Source of the DNA: Bdellovibrionota bacterium
Lineage (GTDB): Bacteria; Bdellovibrionota; UBA1018; UBA923
Length of the DNA stretch: 42,872 nucleotides
Direction of reading: 5' to 3'
NCBI GenBank assembly: GCA_040754655.1
Contig: JBFMCE010000022.1
Location: 1-42,872 of the forward strand
Part shown: positions 9,635 to 18,963 of the stretch, in pieces
Position numbering within the stretch: position 1 is the stretch's first letter
Layout: the number at the start of each line of letters is the position of its first letter
The notes under the pieces: generated by a model
Databases searched by the model: none
Seen by the model: the letters and a program-made list of their open reading frames with translations, nothing else
What the model was told of the DNA's origin: nothing
Position numbers and translations under genes: made by a program

Positions 9635-12187
9635 ATGAAAAACAAATTTAGTTTGATTCATCTCTTGCTGCGCTACCATGCCTGGATCGAGAGGAGGCAT
9701 AGCGTCGTATTGGTGTTGAGCTTGCTTGTCGCGGTGGTGGGCACCTTTTACTCAGTCAAACTCTACAAGAACCTGCGCACCGATATGGAAGAGCTCTTGC
9801 CTGAAACGGCACAAAGCGTAAAAGACCTCAAAGCGGTGCAAGGCAGGGTAGGAGGGCTCAACCACCTGTCGGTCGTCATTGAGTCTCAAGATGTTGAAGC
9901 AGGGCGGAAGTTTCAACGGGACCTGGCCCAAAAGATGAGAGAGTTGCCGAAAAGCCTCGTTGATCGAGTCGCTGACAACATTCAAGAAGAGAAGAATTTT
10001 TTCTCGTCTCATAAAGCGCTTTATATGGACCTTGATGACTGGGAGCGCGTCCGTAAATACGTGAAAGCGCGCCTGCGTTCGGAAGGAAAGAAGAACCCGT
10101 TTTCACTGGGACTTGAGGAAAATAAACCTGGTGACCGGGCGCTTGACCTTGATTTTGAGGAGCTGAGGAAAAAGTACGCGGACCGTAGTTCAAGTTTTGA
10201 TCGTTTTCCTGGTGGTTACTTCGAATCGAGGGATGGAAAGATTCACGTCGTTTTGGCTTTTCTTGCTGGGAAAGTTTCTGACATCGAAAACAACAAGCGC
10301 CTATCGGAGGCGGCCCATCGCATCGCCCGCGAGTTGGATCCCAAAAGGTATGCACCTGACATGGAAGTGGGGTTCAGTGGCGACGTGCAGAATGTCGTCG
10401 AAGAACACTACGGACTTGTCAAAGATCTGATCCTTTCATCGGTAATTGTGGCGGTTCTGGTGTTGGCAGTGCTGCTACTTTATTTTCGAAGTATCGTTGG
10501 CGTGCTTGCGCTGTCATTTGCCCTGTATGTAGGCACTGCGGCTACGTTTGGTTTGAGCTACTGGACGGTGGGTTATCTTAACGCCAACTCTGCATTTTTA
10601 GGATCAATCATCATCGGCAATGGAATTAATTTTGGGATCATTATGTTGGCTCGATACCTTGAAGAACGGAGGCGAGGGCTTGACGGCACTCAAGCGTTGC
10701 CGCGAGCCGTGGGATTTACCGCTCAAGCAACCTGGGCTGCGGCGCTCGCCGCGGGTTTCGCTTACGGGTCTTTAGTCGTCACTAACTTTCGAGGCTTCAA
10801 TCAGTTTGGGGTGATTGGCGGCATGGGCATGGTGGTGTGTTGGATCGCCTCTTTTACGACCTTGCCAGCTCTTCTTATTTGGCTTGAACAACGGGCCTGG
10901 ATTCGTCCACGAATGGGGGAAGTCAGGCCTTGGATCGCTGGGAGGCTCGGAAGCTTCGTCATTCTTGCGCACCGGGGGATCGCCTTCACCACGGTCGTTT
11001 CCGTACTCGTGGCTGGAATACTCATCACTAGGCTTTCAGAAGACACACTTGAGAGTGATTTCAGAAAGCTTAGAAATAAAGAGTCTTTGGTCAAGGGGTC
11101 AGGTTACTGGGGCAATAAGGTTGACGCAGTATTTGAGCGCTATCTCACGCCGTCGCTCATTTTGACTTTTGATTCCAAAGACACAGGCAAACTTGTTCAG
11201 GCTCTGAAAGAAATACAAGCAAGGGCAGGGGGGGCGTCTCCCATTTCTGACATCAAACGCGTTGAAGATTTCTTGCCTAAGGATCAGTTTCGAAAAATCA
11301 GGATTATTGAAGATTTGCAAGAATTAGTTCGTCCCAGCATGCGAGCAAGGCTCTCAAAAGAAGAGCGTGAGTTGGTAGATGAGTTTTTGCCGGAAAAACC
11401 GATTGCACCGATCGAGCTTGAGGATTTGCCTGAGGGCGTGGTCGCTCATTTCAGAGAGCTTGATGGATCGATCGGACGCATCGTTCACGTGTACCCAAAA
11501 CTTGCTCTTCCACCGATGGGTGCCGCCGAAGAGGAAAAAAAGGAGCTCGCAGGCTTTTGGGATGGCAAAGAAGTGATTCGATTTGCTGAGAGCATGAGGC
11601 AGGGACTTAAAGATGCCGCGGTATCCGCGGCGATTGCGGGTCAGCCTCCTCTTTCTGCCGACATGCTTTCGGCTATCGTAGAAGACGGGCCTAAGGCGAC
11701 GCTCATCGCTTTTCTGGCGGTGGTCATCTTGATTATTCTTCTGTTCCCCAAATTCGAGTACTGGCGCTCTATCTTGGGAGCCCTGCTTCTAGGAATCGTC
11801 TGGCTGGGAGCTCTCATGGCAGCCTTTGATCTGAAAGTGAATTTCTTGAACTTCATCGCGCTTCCTATCACGTTTGGCATCGGCGTCGATTACGCCGTGA
11901 ATATCTTTAGCAGGTATCGTTCTGATGGCTCAAAATCGATTGCAAAGGTGATTGAACACACTGGAGGCGCGGTTGGGCTTTGCTCTTTGACGACGATGAT
12001 TGGTTACAGTTCGCTCTTAATTGCAGGGAGCCAAGCTTTTGTGAGCTTCGGCACGCTTGCCGTGCTGGGTGAGCTTACTTGCGTCGTCGCAGCGGTGATT
12101 TCTGTGCCCGCGATCTGGCATTTCTTTGAGGAAGGCGAAGAAAGCGTTCTTGAAGAAGAAGGAGCACTTCCTACTGGCAAGGGCTGA
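9635..12187 (+). CDS. MMPL/RND-superfamily lipid transporter (HpnN-like)
   Basis: 850 aa; two repeats of TM + large periplasmic loop + TM cluster; GNGINFGII..ARYLEER and GIGVDYAVNIFSRY motifs; SLTTMIGYSSL. Confidence 0.9.
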   Translation: MKNKFSLIHLLLRYHAWIERRHSVVLVLSLLVAVVGTFYSVKLYKNLRTDMEELLPETAQSVKDLKAVQGRVGGLNHLSVVIESQDVEAGRKFQRDLAQKMRELPKSLVDRVADNIQEEKNFFSSHKALYMDLDDWERVRKYVKARLRSEGKKNPFSLGLEENKPGDRALDLDFEELRKKYADRSSSFDRFPGGYFESRDGKIHVVLAFLAGKVSDIENNKRLSEAAHRIARELDPKRYAPDMEVGFSGDVQNVVEEHYGLVKDLILSSVIVAVLVLAVLLLYFRSIVGVLALSFALYVGTAATFGLSYWTVGYLNANSAFLGSIIIGNGINFGIIMLARYLEERRRGLDGTQALPRAVGFTAQATWAAALAAGFAYGSLVVTNFRGFNQFGVIGGMGMVVCWIASFTTLPALLIWLEQRAWIRPRMGEVRPWIAGRLGSFVILAHRGIAFTTVVSVLVAGILITRLSEDTLESDFRKLRNKESLVKGSGYWGNKVDAVFERYLTPSLILTFDSKDTGKLVQALKEIQARAGGASPISDIKRVEDFLPKDQFRKIRIIEDLQELVRPSMRARLSKEERELVDEFLPEKPIAPIELEDLPEGVVAHFRELDGSIGRIVHVYPKLALPPMGAAEEEKKELAGFWDGKEVIRFAESMRQGLKDAAVSAAIAGQPPLSADMLSAIVEDGPKATLIAFLAVVILIILLFPKFEYWRSILGALLLGIVWLGALMAAFDLKVNFLNFIALPITFGIGVDYAVNIFSRYRSDGSKSIAKVIEHTGGAVGLCSLTTMIGYSSLLIAGSQAFVSFGTLAVLGELTCVVAAVISVPAIWHFFEEGEESVLEEEGALPTGKG

Positions 12188-12263
12188 AGTCGAAATCGCT
12201 TCCCTGGCGAAGTAGTGATAAAGATATGTTAACGCATTCTTTAACCTCTGAGAACCTTTGCAG

Positions 12264-13715
12264 ATGAAGAAAAACCCTCTTACCACGAGAAATCTCCAAC
12301 TCCTTCTTTATGCTTTGACCGCACTAGGGCTCTTTTGGCGCTTTTCCGTGGCAATTAATTTTCAGAGCCGCGCCTGGATCGATGAGATCTGGGTGGTCTT
12401 GAATCCAGCCTACCAACTTCTGACAGGAGTGGGGCACTTGAGCCCTCATGACTGGGTCGTGAACCAGCAAAGAAGCTGGATCCCACCGTATGCGCTTTTT
12501 GTTTATCTGAAGATTTTGGGCTTTTTAGGGATAAAGAACGGAGTCGATGTGCTTGCGATGGTGAGGCTCGCGATCACTTTGGCCAGCGCGGCAGGTTTCT
12601 TTGCCTTTACTTGTCTTCTTGCGAGAAGGTTCTCACTGAAATACCCGCCACTTGCAGTAGTAGTGGCGTTATTCTTCTCTCCTCAGTTCGTGCATTATAG
12701 CACTCTCGCTGATCTTTCCGTTCTTGCAATGCCTTTTGTTCTCGTGGGGCTTACGCTCATTTTCTGGGAAGCGCAAAAGCCCAAGGCCTCGCCGCGCGTG
12801 GTTTTGGGGTGTTTTCTCTTGGCAGTGGGAGGAGGCGGGATTCGGTTTCAGTTCGGCCTGATTTCACTGGCGGTCTGGATTTATTTGTTGGCGATAAGGC
12901 AATTCAAAGTTGCGGCCTGGCTTGTGGCTGCTGGACTTGCCGTGCTCGTCATTGATTTTGGTTTTAGTTCATACATTTACGGAGAGCCCGTGCTTCCGAT
13001 CTACCGTTATGCGTATGCCGATTTATTTAAAGGTGCGGGCAATGACGCCGGCGTGAGGCCGTTTTATTACGCGTTCGAGATCTTATGGCGCTTTATGATG
13101 GAGCCCGCGTTTCTCATTGCGTTTTTGTTTCTTCCGTCGGCTCTCATGAGGGTGCCGGCACTGGCTATTCCTAGTTTTGTTTTGGCATTGGTATTTACCG
13201 TGATTGGTCATAAAGAATTTCGCTACTTTTATGGCCCGGCCGTGCTTTTGTCGGGCGTGGGGGCGGCTGCCTTCCAGAAGTGGTTTGAAGAAAGAGTCAA
13301 ACGCCAAGCCGCGCGGGCTTGCGTCGTGCTGGTGCTCTTGAGTTTTGTTTTCGTGGCGAGCTGGCGAGGGGTGAAGAAAGTGCGCTGGGGCGATTATGAA
13401 ATTCCCTCAAAGCTTGAAACCTTCGCAGGAACTCAGAGAGATGCGAAGGGACTTCTTGTGTTTGGCTGGGCTGGTATCTATACGGGCGGGCATTATACTT
13501 TTCACAGGTCTCTTCCATATAAATTCATCGAAAACGAGGGCCAGGTGAGGCAACTGTTGAAAGACGGCGGGCTCAGCTCAGCGGATTTCAATTATCTCAT
13601 CGTTCCTGATACTCATGGTCAGGTGTGTCTAGATGAGGTGAAGCGCGAAGGCGGCGGAGTTTTGTTCCGTTGTACCGAGGTTGAATTGATGCATTTTCTT
13701 GAGTCGATGCGCTAA
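12264..13715 (+). CDS. GT-C fold glycosyltransferase, ALG9/PIG-B (GT22)-like
   Basis: Multi-TM; first-loop acidic motif WIDEIWVVLNPAY; RSWIPP; RPFYY; GHKEFRY matching the HKEFRF signature of GT22 mannosyltransferases. TTG at 12258 is an alternative start. Confidence 0.72.
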   Translation: MKKNPLTTRNLQLLLYALTALGLFWRFSVAINFQSRAWIDEIWVVLNPAYQLLTGVGHLSPHDWVVNQQRSWIPPYALFVYLKILGFLGIKNGVDVLAMVRLAITLASAAGFFAFTCLLARRFSLKYPPLAVVVALFFSPQFVHYSTLADLSVLAMPFVLVGLTLIFWEAQKPKASPRVVLGCFLLAVGGGGIRFQFGLISLAVWIYLLAIRQFKVAAWLVAAGLAVLVIDFGFSSYIYGEPVLPIYRYAYADLFKGAGNDAGVRPFYYAFEILWRFMMEPAFLIAFLFLPSALMRVPALAIPSFVLALVFTVIGHKEFRYFYGPAVLLSGVGAAAFQKWFEERVKRQAARACVVLVLLSFVFVASWRGVKKVRWGDYEIPSKLETFAGTQRDAKGLLVFGWAGIYTGGHYTFHRSLPYKFIENEGQVRQLLKDGGLSSADFNYLIVPDTHGQVCLDEVKREGGGVLFRCTEVELMHFLESMR

Positions 13716-13735
13716 AAATCCGATCGATTGAGAGA

Positions 13736-16210
13736 ATGAGCCTGTATTTGGGTCAGTCGCGGAGAAGAATTTGCCTGGTCCTCTTGTGTGTGCCTGCTTT
13801 CATGAGTGGGCTGAATTTTTCACATGCGAACCTTGCCGTTCAAAAGGGGAGCTCTGTATTCAAATCTCAAAGCCAAGACAAAGAGATCGATAGGTTCTTA
13901 AAGGCTCTGCGCGACGTTTATCCGAGGTCTGCGGCGCGTCCTGTGGGCTCTTCTTATCAATTTTGCTGGCAAGACTTTAAGGCGAGCTTGCCCCAAATCA
14001 TCTGTCGCGACAGAGCCAAAGTGAAGTCACTTTTGCCTGTGCAATCAGCAGATGAGTTTGGTGAACCGCAGCCCGGAGATAGGGTTTATTATTATCCCGC
14101 AGTAGCGCAGGTAAAACCTGCCCAGGAAGCGTCGGTATATTGCTCGTATATCGGCGTCGATGAGAGCGGGGAAGAGGCTTTGCACAGGCTTAAAGTTGAG
14201 GAGCTTCTTTACCATGCGGTGGAATGTGAAGGAAAAACCCAAAAGCACGTCAATAAACCGAAATGCTTAAGCCATGATTTGATCGAAAAGAAAACCTTGG
14301 GTGTTTTGCATACGGATTTCTTGGCAGCGTTCAATTTTGCAAAACCCTATACTGGGAAAGAGCTGCCACTGGTCGACATCAACATTCAATGCCACGTTGA
14401 TGAGCTTAAGCACCTTTTAAACAGAGAAAAATCGGCGCCTGTTATTTACGAAAAGTCGCTTGCGCCTGAGAAGAAGAGAGAAATTGTTTTTGAGCAGAAG
14501 AAGGCTTTGGGAATTCCGTATGAACCCACAAGGCCAAGGCCTCGAGATCTCGCTGGGGCGATTCTTGAGCGGACCCAGCCGCGTTCTACAGACAAGCCGC
14601 GATGTCTTGAAGTGTGTTACGCGCTCGATCGATCGGGTTCGATGGAAGAAGATATCTCTTCGCTCAAGCATCATACCCAGCGCTTTGACGAATCGTGGAG
14701 CTCGCAGTTTAAGGACGGATGCTATCGCGTCAGTGTGGTCGAATTCGGACAGGGTTATGCTCCTGCCGGCGAGGATCCCATGGCGGCGGATCTCGACACG
14801 CCTCTTGAGCGAAAGAAGAACCCTGAGTTCAAGGCTTATATTGAGAAGTTTCAAACGCAAGGTGCCTTTGAGCCAGTTTTTGACGCGATCGTCGAATGTA
14901 CAAAGAAGTTTCAGCTCACGGGTGCACAGCGTGAGATCATTGTGATTACTGATGAGCCCGGAGATAGACTAGCTTATTCGCCCACGCCAGAGCAGGCAAA
15001 AGCAAAAGCCGATGCGGTTCGAGCAAGGCTGAGCTGGATTGATCTCAATGAGTTTGACCGTTCGAACAACCCTTATGCTCATTGCAATACCGACGCTGAT
15101 CCTAAACGCTGTTTTGAGGAAGTATTTAAGTTAGGAGATGCGCTGGATTACTGGAAGCTTGCAGTGGCGTTAGGTGAATCTTTACCTAAGGGGCAATTTA
15201 AGGGACAAGAAGAGCTGGTTTATAGAATGCTTGATTCGCCAAAGGCACTTCATGAAGATCCCACTTCTGGGCAAACTCCAATAGGAATTCTGCTGCGTGA
15301 GGTTCTAGATGAAAACGATGCCATTCATGGTGATGATGGGTTTACATACTTTGATAATTTTCGTCCTTCAGGGATGTATTCTAAAGAAGGACTTCGGAAA
15401 CTCTATCTTAAGCTAGTTTCAAAACCGGTGTTCCCTGATAACGAAGGGCTGCAGAATCTCATTCAAGCGATTGCCAGAGACCCTGAGGATCGAATTGATC
15501 TTTTTGCTAAGCTCATCGAGCACAACTCAGGGACTTGCTCTGATGCAGTTGATATTCTTCCGTTGCCGGACCTCATCAATGCATTAAACAATGTAAGTAT
15601 TTTTCGGGCATGCAAAACCCACATATTCCTTGCTGCTCGTTCAGAGGACGGCATAGAAGCGCTATCGAAGTTTAATAAGCACAACGAAGAAATTGTAAAA
15701 TGGTTCAAAGACTATTTTAAGCAAGATCCGAAAGTTTTTAAGTCATCTAAAACCGCGCAGGCTGTAGGAAGAATGCTCGGAGAGGGAAAAATGTGGAAAA
15801 AGGAAGATGGTCCTACTGAGTTTTTCTTGGAGTTGCTTAACACGAATGAGCATCCTCAGAGCACCTACCGCATTAATCCAACGTATTTGCTCGGTGGCCT
15901 AAACGATTCGATTTCTAAAGATTCAACTATTGATCTCCAAAGAATTCTTCTTGAGATCAGCGCAAAAACGAACCCTACCGATGTAAAGGGTTATATTTTG
16001 AGCGTGCTTAAAGCGAGGGTAGATTTTGTTTCGAAAGAAGCGATTTCTCAGATCTTAGTCAATCTCAGAAAAGGCATCAAAAAATCGGGGCATGAAGAAG
16101 TTGGTCTTATAGAAGCTCTCATGAGAGATGCCGAGGTTCTTCTTGGAAAAGACCACGCGGTCACTCAGAAAATACGAAACTGGGGGCGTTGGGATGAGCT
16201 GGTCGAGTAA
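13736..16210 (+). CDS. Large exported protein with central von Willebrand factor A domain
   Basis: Signal-like N-terminus; MIDAS motif VCYALDRSGSM and later IIVITDEP strand; flanking regions unrecognised. Confidence 0.75.
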   Translation: MSLYLGQSRRRICLVLLCVPAFMSGLNFSHANLAVQKGSSVFKSQSQDKEIDRFLKALRDVYPRSAARPVGSSYQFCWQDFKASLPQIICRDRAKVKSLLPVQSADEFGEPQPGDRVYYYPAVAQVKPAQEASVYCSYIGVDESGEEALHRLKVEELLYHAVECEGKTQKHVNKPKCLSHDLIEKKTLGVLHTDFLAAFNFAKPYTGKELPLVDINIQCHVDELKHLLNREKSAPVIYEKSLAPEKKREIVFEQKKALGIPYEPTRPRPRDLAGAILERTQPRSTDKPRCLEVCYALDRSGSMEEDISSLKHHTQRFDESWSSQFKDGCYRVSVVEFGQGYAPAGEDPMAADLDTPLERKKNPEFKAYIEKFQTQGAFEPVFDAIVECTKKFQLTGAQREIIVITDEPGDRLAYSPTPEQAKAKADAVRARLSWIDLNEFDRSNNPYAHCNTDADPKRCFEEVFKLGDALDYWKLAVALGESLPKGQFKGQEELVYRMLDSPKALHEDPTSGQTPIGILLREVLDENDAIHGDDGFTYFDNFRPSGMYSKEGLRKLYLKLVSKPVFPDNEGLQNLIQAIARDPEDRIDLFAKLIEHNSGTCSDAVDILPLPDLINALNNVSIFRACKTHIFLAARSEDGIEALSKFNKHNEEIVKWFKDYFKQDPKVFKSSKTAQAVGRMLGEGKMWKKEDGPTEFFLELLNTNEHPQSTYRINPTYLLGGLNDSISKDSTIDLQRILLEISAKTNPTDVKGYILSVLKARVDFVSKEAISQILVNLRKGIKKSGHEEVGLIEALMRDAEVLLGKDHAVTQKIRNWGRWDELVE

Positions 16211-16220
16211 ACCTGAGCGA

Positions 16221-16329
16221 GAATGACTGGGAAAACAGGCCGGCGATCAGTCATTCCAAAGGACCCGTCAACAAACTAACAAGCTAAATAACTTACCTCC
16301 CAGCAAGATCACGGGGTTTCTTGTTGACG
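16221..16329. repeat. Two adjacent 9-bp inverted repeats between convergent genes
   Basis: GAATGACTG (16221-16229) / CAGTCATTC (16248-16256) and CGTCAACAA (16266-16274) / TTGTTGACG (16321-16329). Confidence 0.75.
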
Positions 16330-16352
16330 CACTTTTATTGAAAATATAAATT

Positions 16353-17525
16353 TCATAAGACACTCGATTCAAAGCTTTCTGCTTTGGCTGATAGCGCTTT
16401 CACTTTTTGCTCTCCGAATTCCTCTACCGCTCTAAAAAGGTTGTGACTCGCACAAAGGATGGTTAAATTTTCAGGTTCGTTCGACCCCCCTTTTGCTAGC
16501 GGGATCTTATGCTCAATTTGCAGCATGCGTGTTGACAGACATCTCATTCCCGTGAGGGAGCTGACAAAAGTACAACGATAGCCTGCCTTCTCCAATAGAG
16601 CTCTTTTCGTGTGTACTGAAATAAAGATCCTTCTCCGCCGGGCCCTACGGGTCGTGATTGGGTAGGTTGCAGGATATTGCTGTGAGGTTCTTGTGGAAAC
16701 AATATTGGGCTCAAGTTGTCGGCCATGTGCGCTCATTTTGTTTCCGGCGCAGGAGTTTTGGGTTTGATGACTTGAAGCTTCTGCCGGCAGTGACGCCTCA
16801 TTTCGATCTGGGAGCAGATCTTGTCTTTGTAAACTCTGTTCAGTGTTTGGCATTAAAACTCCCGCGCCGGAGTTTGACTTTCTTTGTTTTCGTTTTGGAT
16901 CAAGCTTTTCTACCGCAATTTTTAGCGCTCTTTTGATTGCAGTAGCTGTACTTGGGTTTGGATTGGTTCCCGACAAAAGCTCTTTCATTCGGTTCAAAAG
17001 TTCCATGGTTTCTTGATCTACGACCACTTTCAATTCGACATTTTCGGCATCTAAAGGGCGCTCTCGTTCCACAGGCATTGCCGCTGGCGAAATTGTGCGC
17101 AAGATCTTTTCAGTCTCGCGCGAGGACTTGTGCTCAATCTTTTGCAGCAGCGCCCTTCGTTCTTCAAGAGTGACTCTTTTCTTGCTCATCCGCTCTTGGT
17201 TTTTGCAAAACTGTTGCACCATGGCGACGGAGGTTAAGCTTACTTTAGCTGAATCTATGGCTTCTTTGACTTCGGGCATGTTCTTTGAGAACCGCATTGC
17301 TTGGATCCGGCGATGTGCAGAACCAGCACAGTATCCAAGCTCGTGAGTGGCGTAGTCCCAAAGCGAAGCAAACCCGAGTTTTGAATAAAGTCTTCGCGCC
17401 TCAACCTCTTCCAGGTGCTCGATCACGAGAATCGTGAATTCACGTTCCTTTTCGACGCAGATTTTTGTTTGTTTGAGGAGGTCTGAGTCAGAAAGGGATT
17501 TTAGGTTTCTGATTGGATTTGTCAT
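16353..17525 (-). CDS. HNH endonuclease with DUF222-like helical N-terminal region
   Basis: C-terminal RCTFVS..G.RC....LQIEHKIPLAKGGSNEPENLTILCASHN (Zn-bound HNH); N-terminal LSDSDLL...ERE....IEHLEEVEARRLY..LGFASLWDY...LGY..GSA.RRI. ATG 17525 preceded by AAGGAG; the ORF opens at 17573. Confidence 0.88.
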   Translation of the reverse strand: MTNPIRNLKSLSDSDLLKQTKICVEKEREFTILVIEHLEEVEARRLYSKLGFASLWDYATHELGYCAGSAHRRIQAMRFSKNMPEVKEAIDSAKVSLTSVAMVQQFCKNQERMSKKRVTLEERRALLQKIEHKSSRETEKILRTISPAAMPVERERPLDAENVELKVVVDQETMELLNRMKELLSGTNPNPSTATAIKRALKIAVEKLDPKRKQRKSNSGAGVLMPNTEQSLQRQDLLPDRNEASLPAEASSHQTQNSCAGNKMSAHGRQLEPNIVSTRTSQQYPATYPITTRRARRRRIFISVHTKRALLEKAGYRCTFVSSLTGMRCLSTRMLQIEHKIPLAKGGSNEPENLTILCASHNLFRAVEEFGEQKVKALSAKAESFESSVL

Positions 17526-17670
17526 TCGGTATGCACTCCTTACCGAAGGGGGTATGAGCAAGCTTCGTACCATTGCATCATTTTTTCTGGCTAAAATGTC
17601 AGTAGGCCTCCTCTCAAGCTTCCTACCCGTCGGTGATCGCCGTCAAATAAAGCTTCTCAAAACTCAGTTA

Positions 17671-18335
17671 CTAGAATCCACTTTTTACTCTTGGGTCGTA
17701 CTCCTCTGCTTTGAACCAGTAACGATAACCGTTTACTCATGAAAACCAAAACTCTTTAGAACCATTTTTATTGAGATCCGTGACTCCGATCAGATGGTGA
17801 AATCCCCAATCATTTTCTGGTTCTCCGCACGACTTTTTCTTGCAAAGCTTATGGGTCTTGCTGAGAAGGGAGATCTCATCTGGCTTAGCCTGCCTAGCTT
17901 CTGGATCAATCCCACCGGCTTTCTTGGTCATCGCCACTTCCAGGCCAGCGCCTTTCATTCCCTTGGCTTGAAAACTAAAAAAGCAACGCTCCGACTCAAC
18001 GCCATCGTAAGAAACAGTATATTTCAGTATTGAAGGCCCAACCGCTTTCACGAAAGATACTTTTTTAGCTGCTGTCAGAGTATTGTGCTTAACAGGCACA
18101 ATTGCCGAGCTGTCTTTTTTGATTCCCAGGGTGCCAATCAAACCCCATCTTGGAGCATTCCTAGGACAATAGCCTCTTTAGGGAGCTCTGTCTCCGCAGG
18201 GCAGAAGTGAGTTTTTAAGCAATGTTCACTGACTTGGGGTACTCCTTGTAGCGCGCAGTTTTCTTCGCCATAGCCTGACGTCTTGAAAAAGCTGAAAGAA
18301 AAGGGGAAAGTGAGAAAATATGAAATGGTTTTCAT
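17671..18335 (-). pseudogene. Probably decayed exported-protein gene (frameshift plus in-frame stop)
   Basis: ORFs 18138..18335 and 17737..18141 join if one T is added at GGGGTTT (...QDGV/LIGTLG...). After the TGA at 17737-17739 the frame continues VNGYRYWFKAEEYDPRVKSGF to a TAG. Contains a DLNKNGSKE loop. Confidence 0.55.
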
Positions 18336-18405
18336 AAGATGAAGAATCGCAGTAGTATTCGGCGTTCTCTAGAACACTTGACAAAAGCTCTCTTTAATCT
18401 GATAA

Positions 18406-18834
18406 GTGCAATCAACTTTATCTGGAGCTATTATACTCAATCTTAGAATCATTCCTCTTACTTTGTTGTTTTCTCTGATTCCTTTGCTTGGCCACGCTTT
18501 TTCAGATCGCTTGGAATGTACTGTTATCAAGCTCGAACATGTCCAGGCGGGACAGTTTAAGCTTGCTGAGCCCCCTGTTGTTTCTAATCGACTTATTTTA
18601 AAGCGAGGAGAGGAATCCATCGGCCCAATTTATTTTGGGAAGGAGCATAAGTTTACCGTTCGAGTTACAACTCAACTAGGCATGCTAAAAATTCTAGTGA
18701 TCGAGGCGGAAGACCAAGTTCCACTGGTCGATACCGAGATTCACTTTGAAGATTCCACAAGGACTTACCCAAAAAAGATTTCGAAAGTTTTGTTCTTTTA
18801 CGATGATGACCACTGGCAGCTGACGTGTATTTGA
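18406..18834 (+). CDS. Hypothetical exported protein
   Basis: 142-aa ORF, signal-like segment ending GHA, Cys near both ends of the mature part; start uncertain. Confidence 0.55.
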   Translation: MQSTLSGAIILNLRIIPLTLLFSLIPLLGHAFSDRLECTVIKLEHVQAGQFKLAEPPVVSNRLILKRGEESIGPIYFGKEHKFTVRVTTQLGMLKILVIEAEDQVPLVDTEIHFEDSTRTYPKKISKVLFFYDDDHWQLTCI

Positions 18835-18963
18835 CAGGGTTTGAGTAAAAAATCACTCTTCTAGTTGCTACTAGAACCCGCTTTCTTGCGATGATCTACA
18901 CAAACCAACGGCGTCAAGCAGGCAGACATTTTGAACAAGCTAGTAAAATCCAGGCCCAGAACC

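Noticed and set aside
9635..12187. Hopanoid biosynthesis locus
   Set aside because: HpnN-like and HpnM-like transport genes are present, but no squalene-hopene cyclase or other hpn gene is in the window; the substrate cannot be assigned
16353..17573. HNH gene as IscB, Cas9 or a group II intron protein
   Set aside because: No PLMP motif, RuvC segments or reverse transcriptase; HNH is C-terminal; no CRISPR repeats nearby
17737..17739. In-frame TGA as selenocysteine or an alternative genetic code
   Set aside because: No redox Cys context or convincing SECIS; TGA ends conserved genes such as ino1, panC and resB at expected positions; a nearby frameshift favours decay
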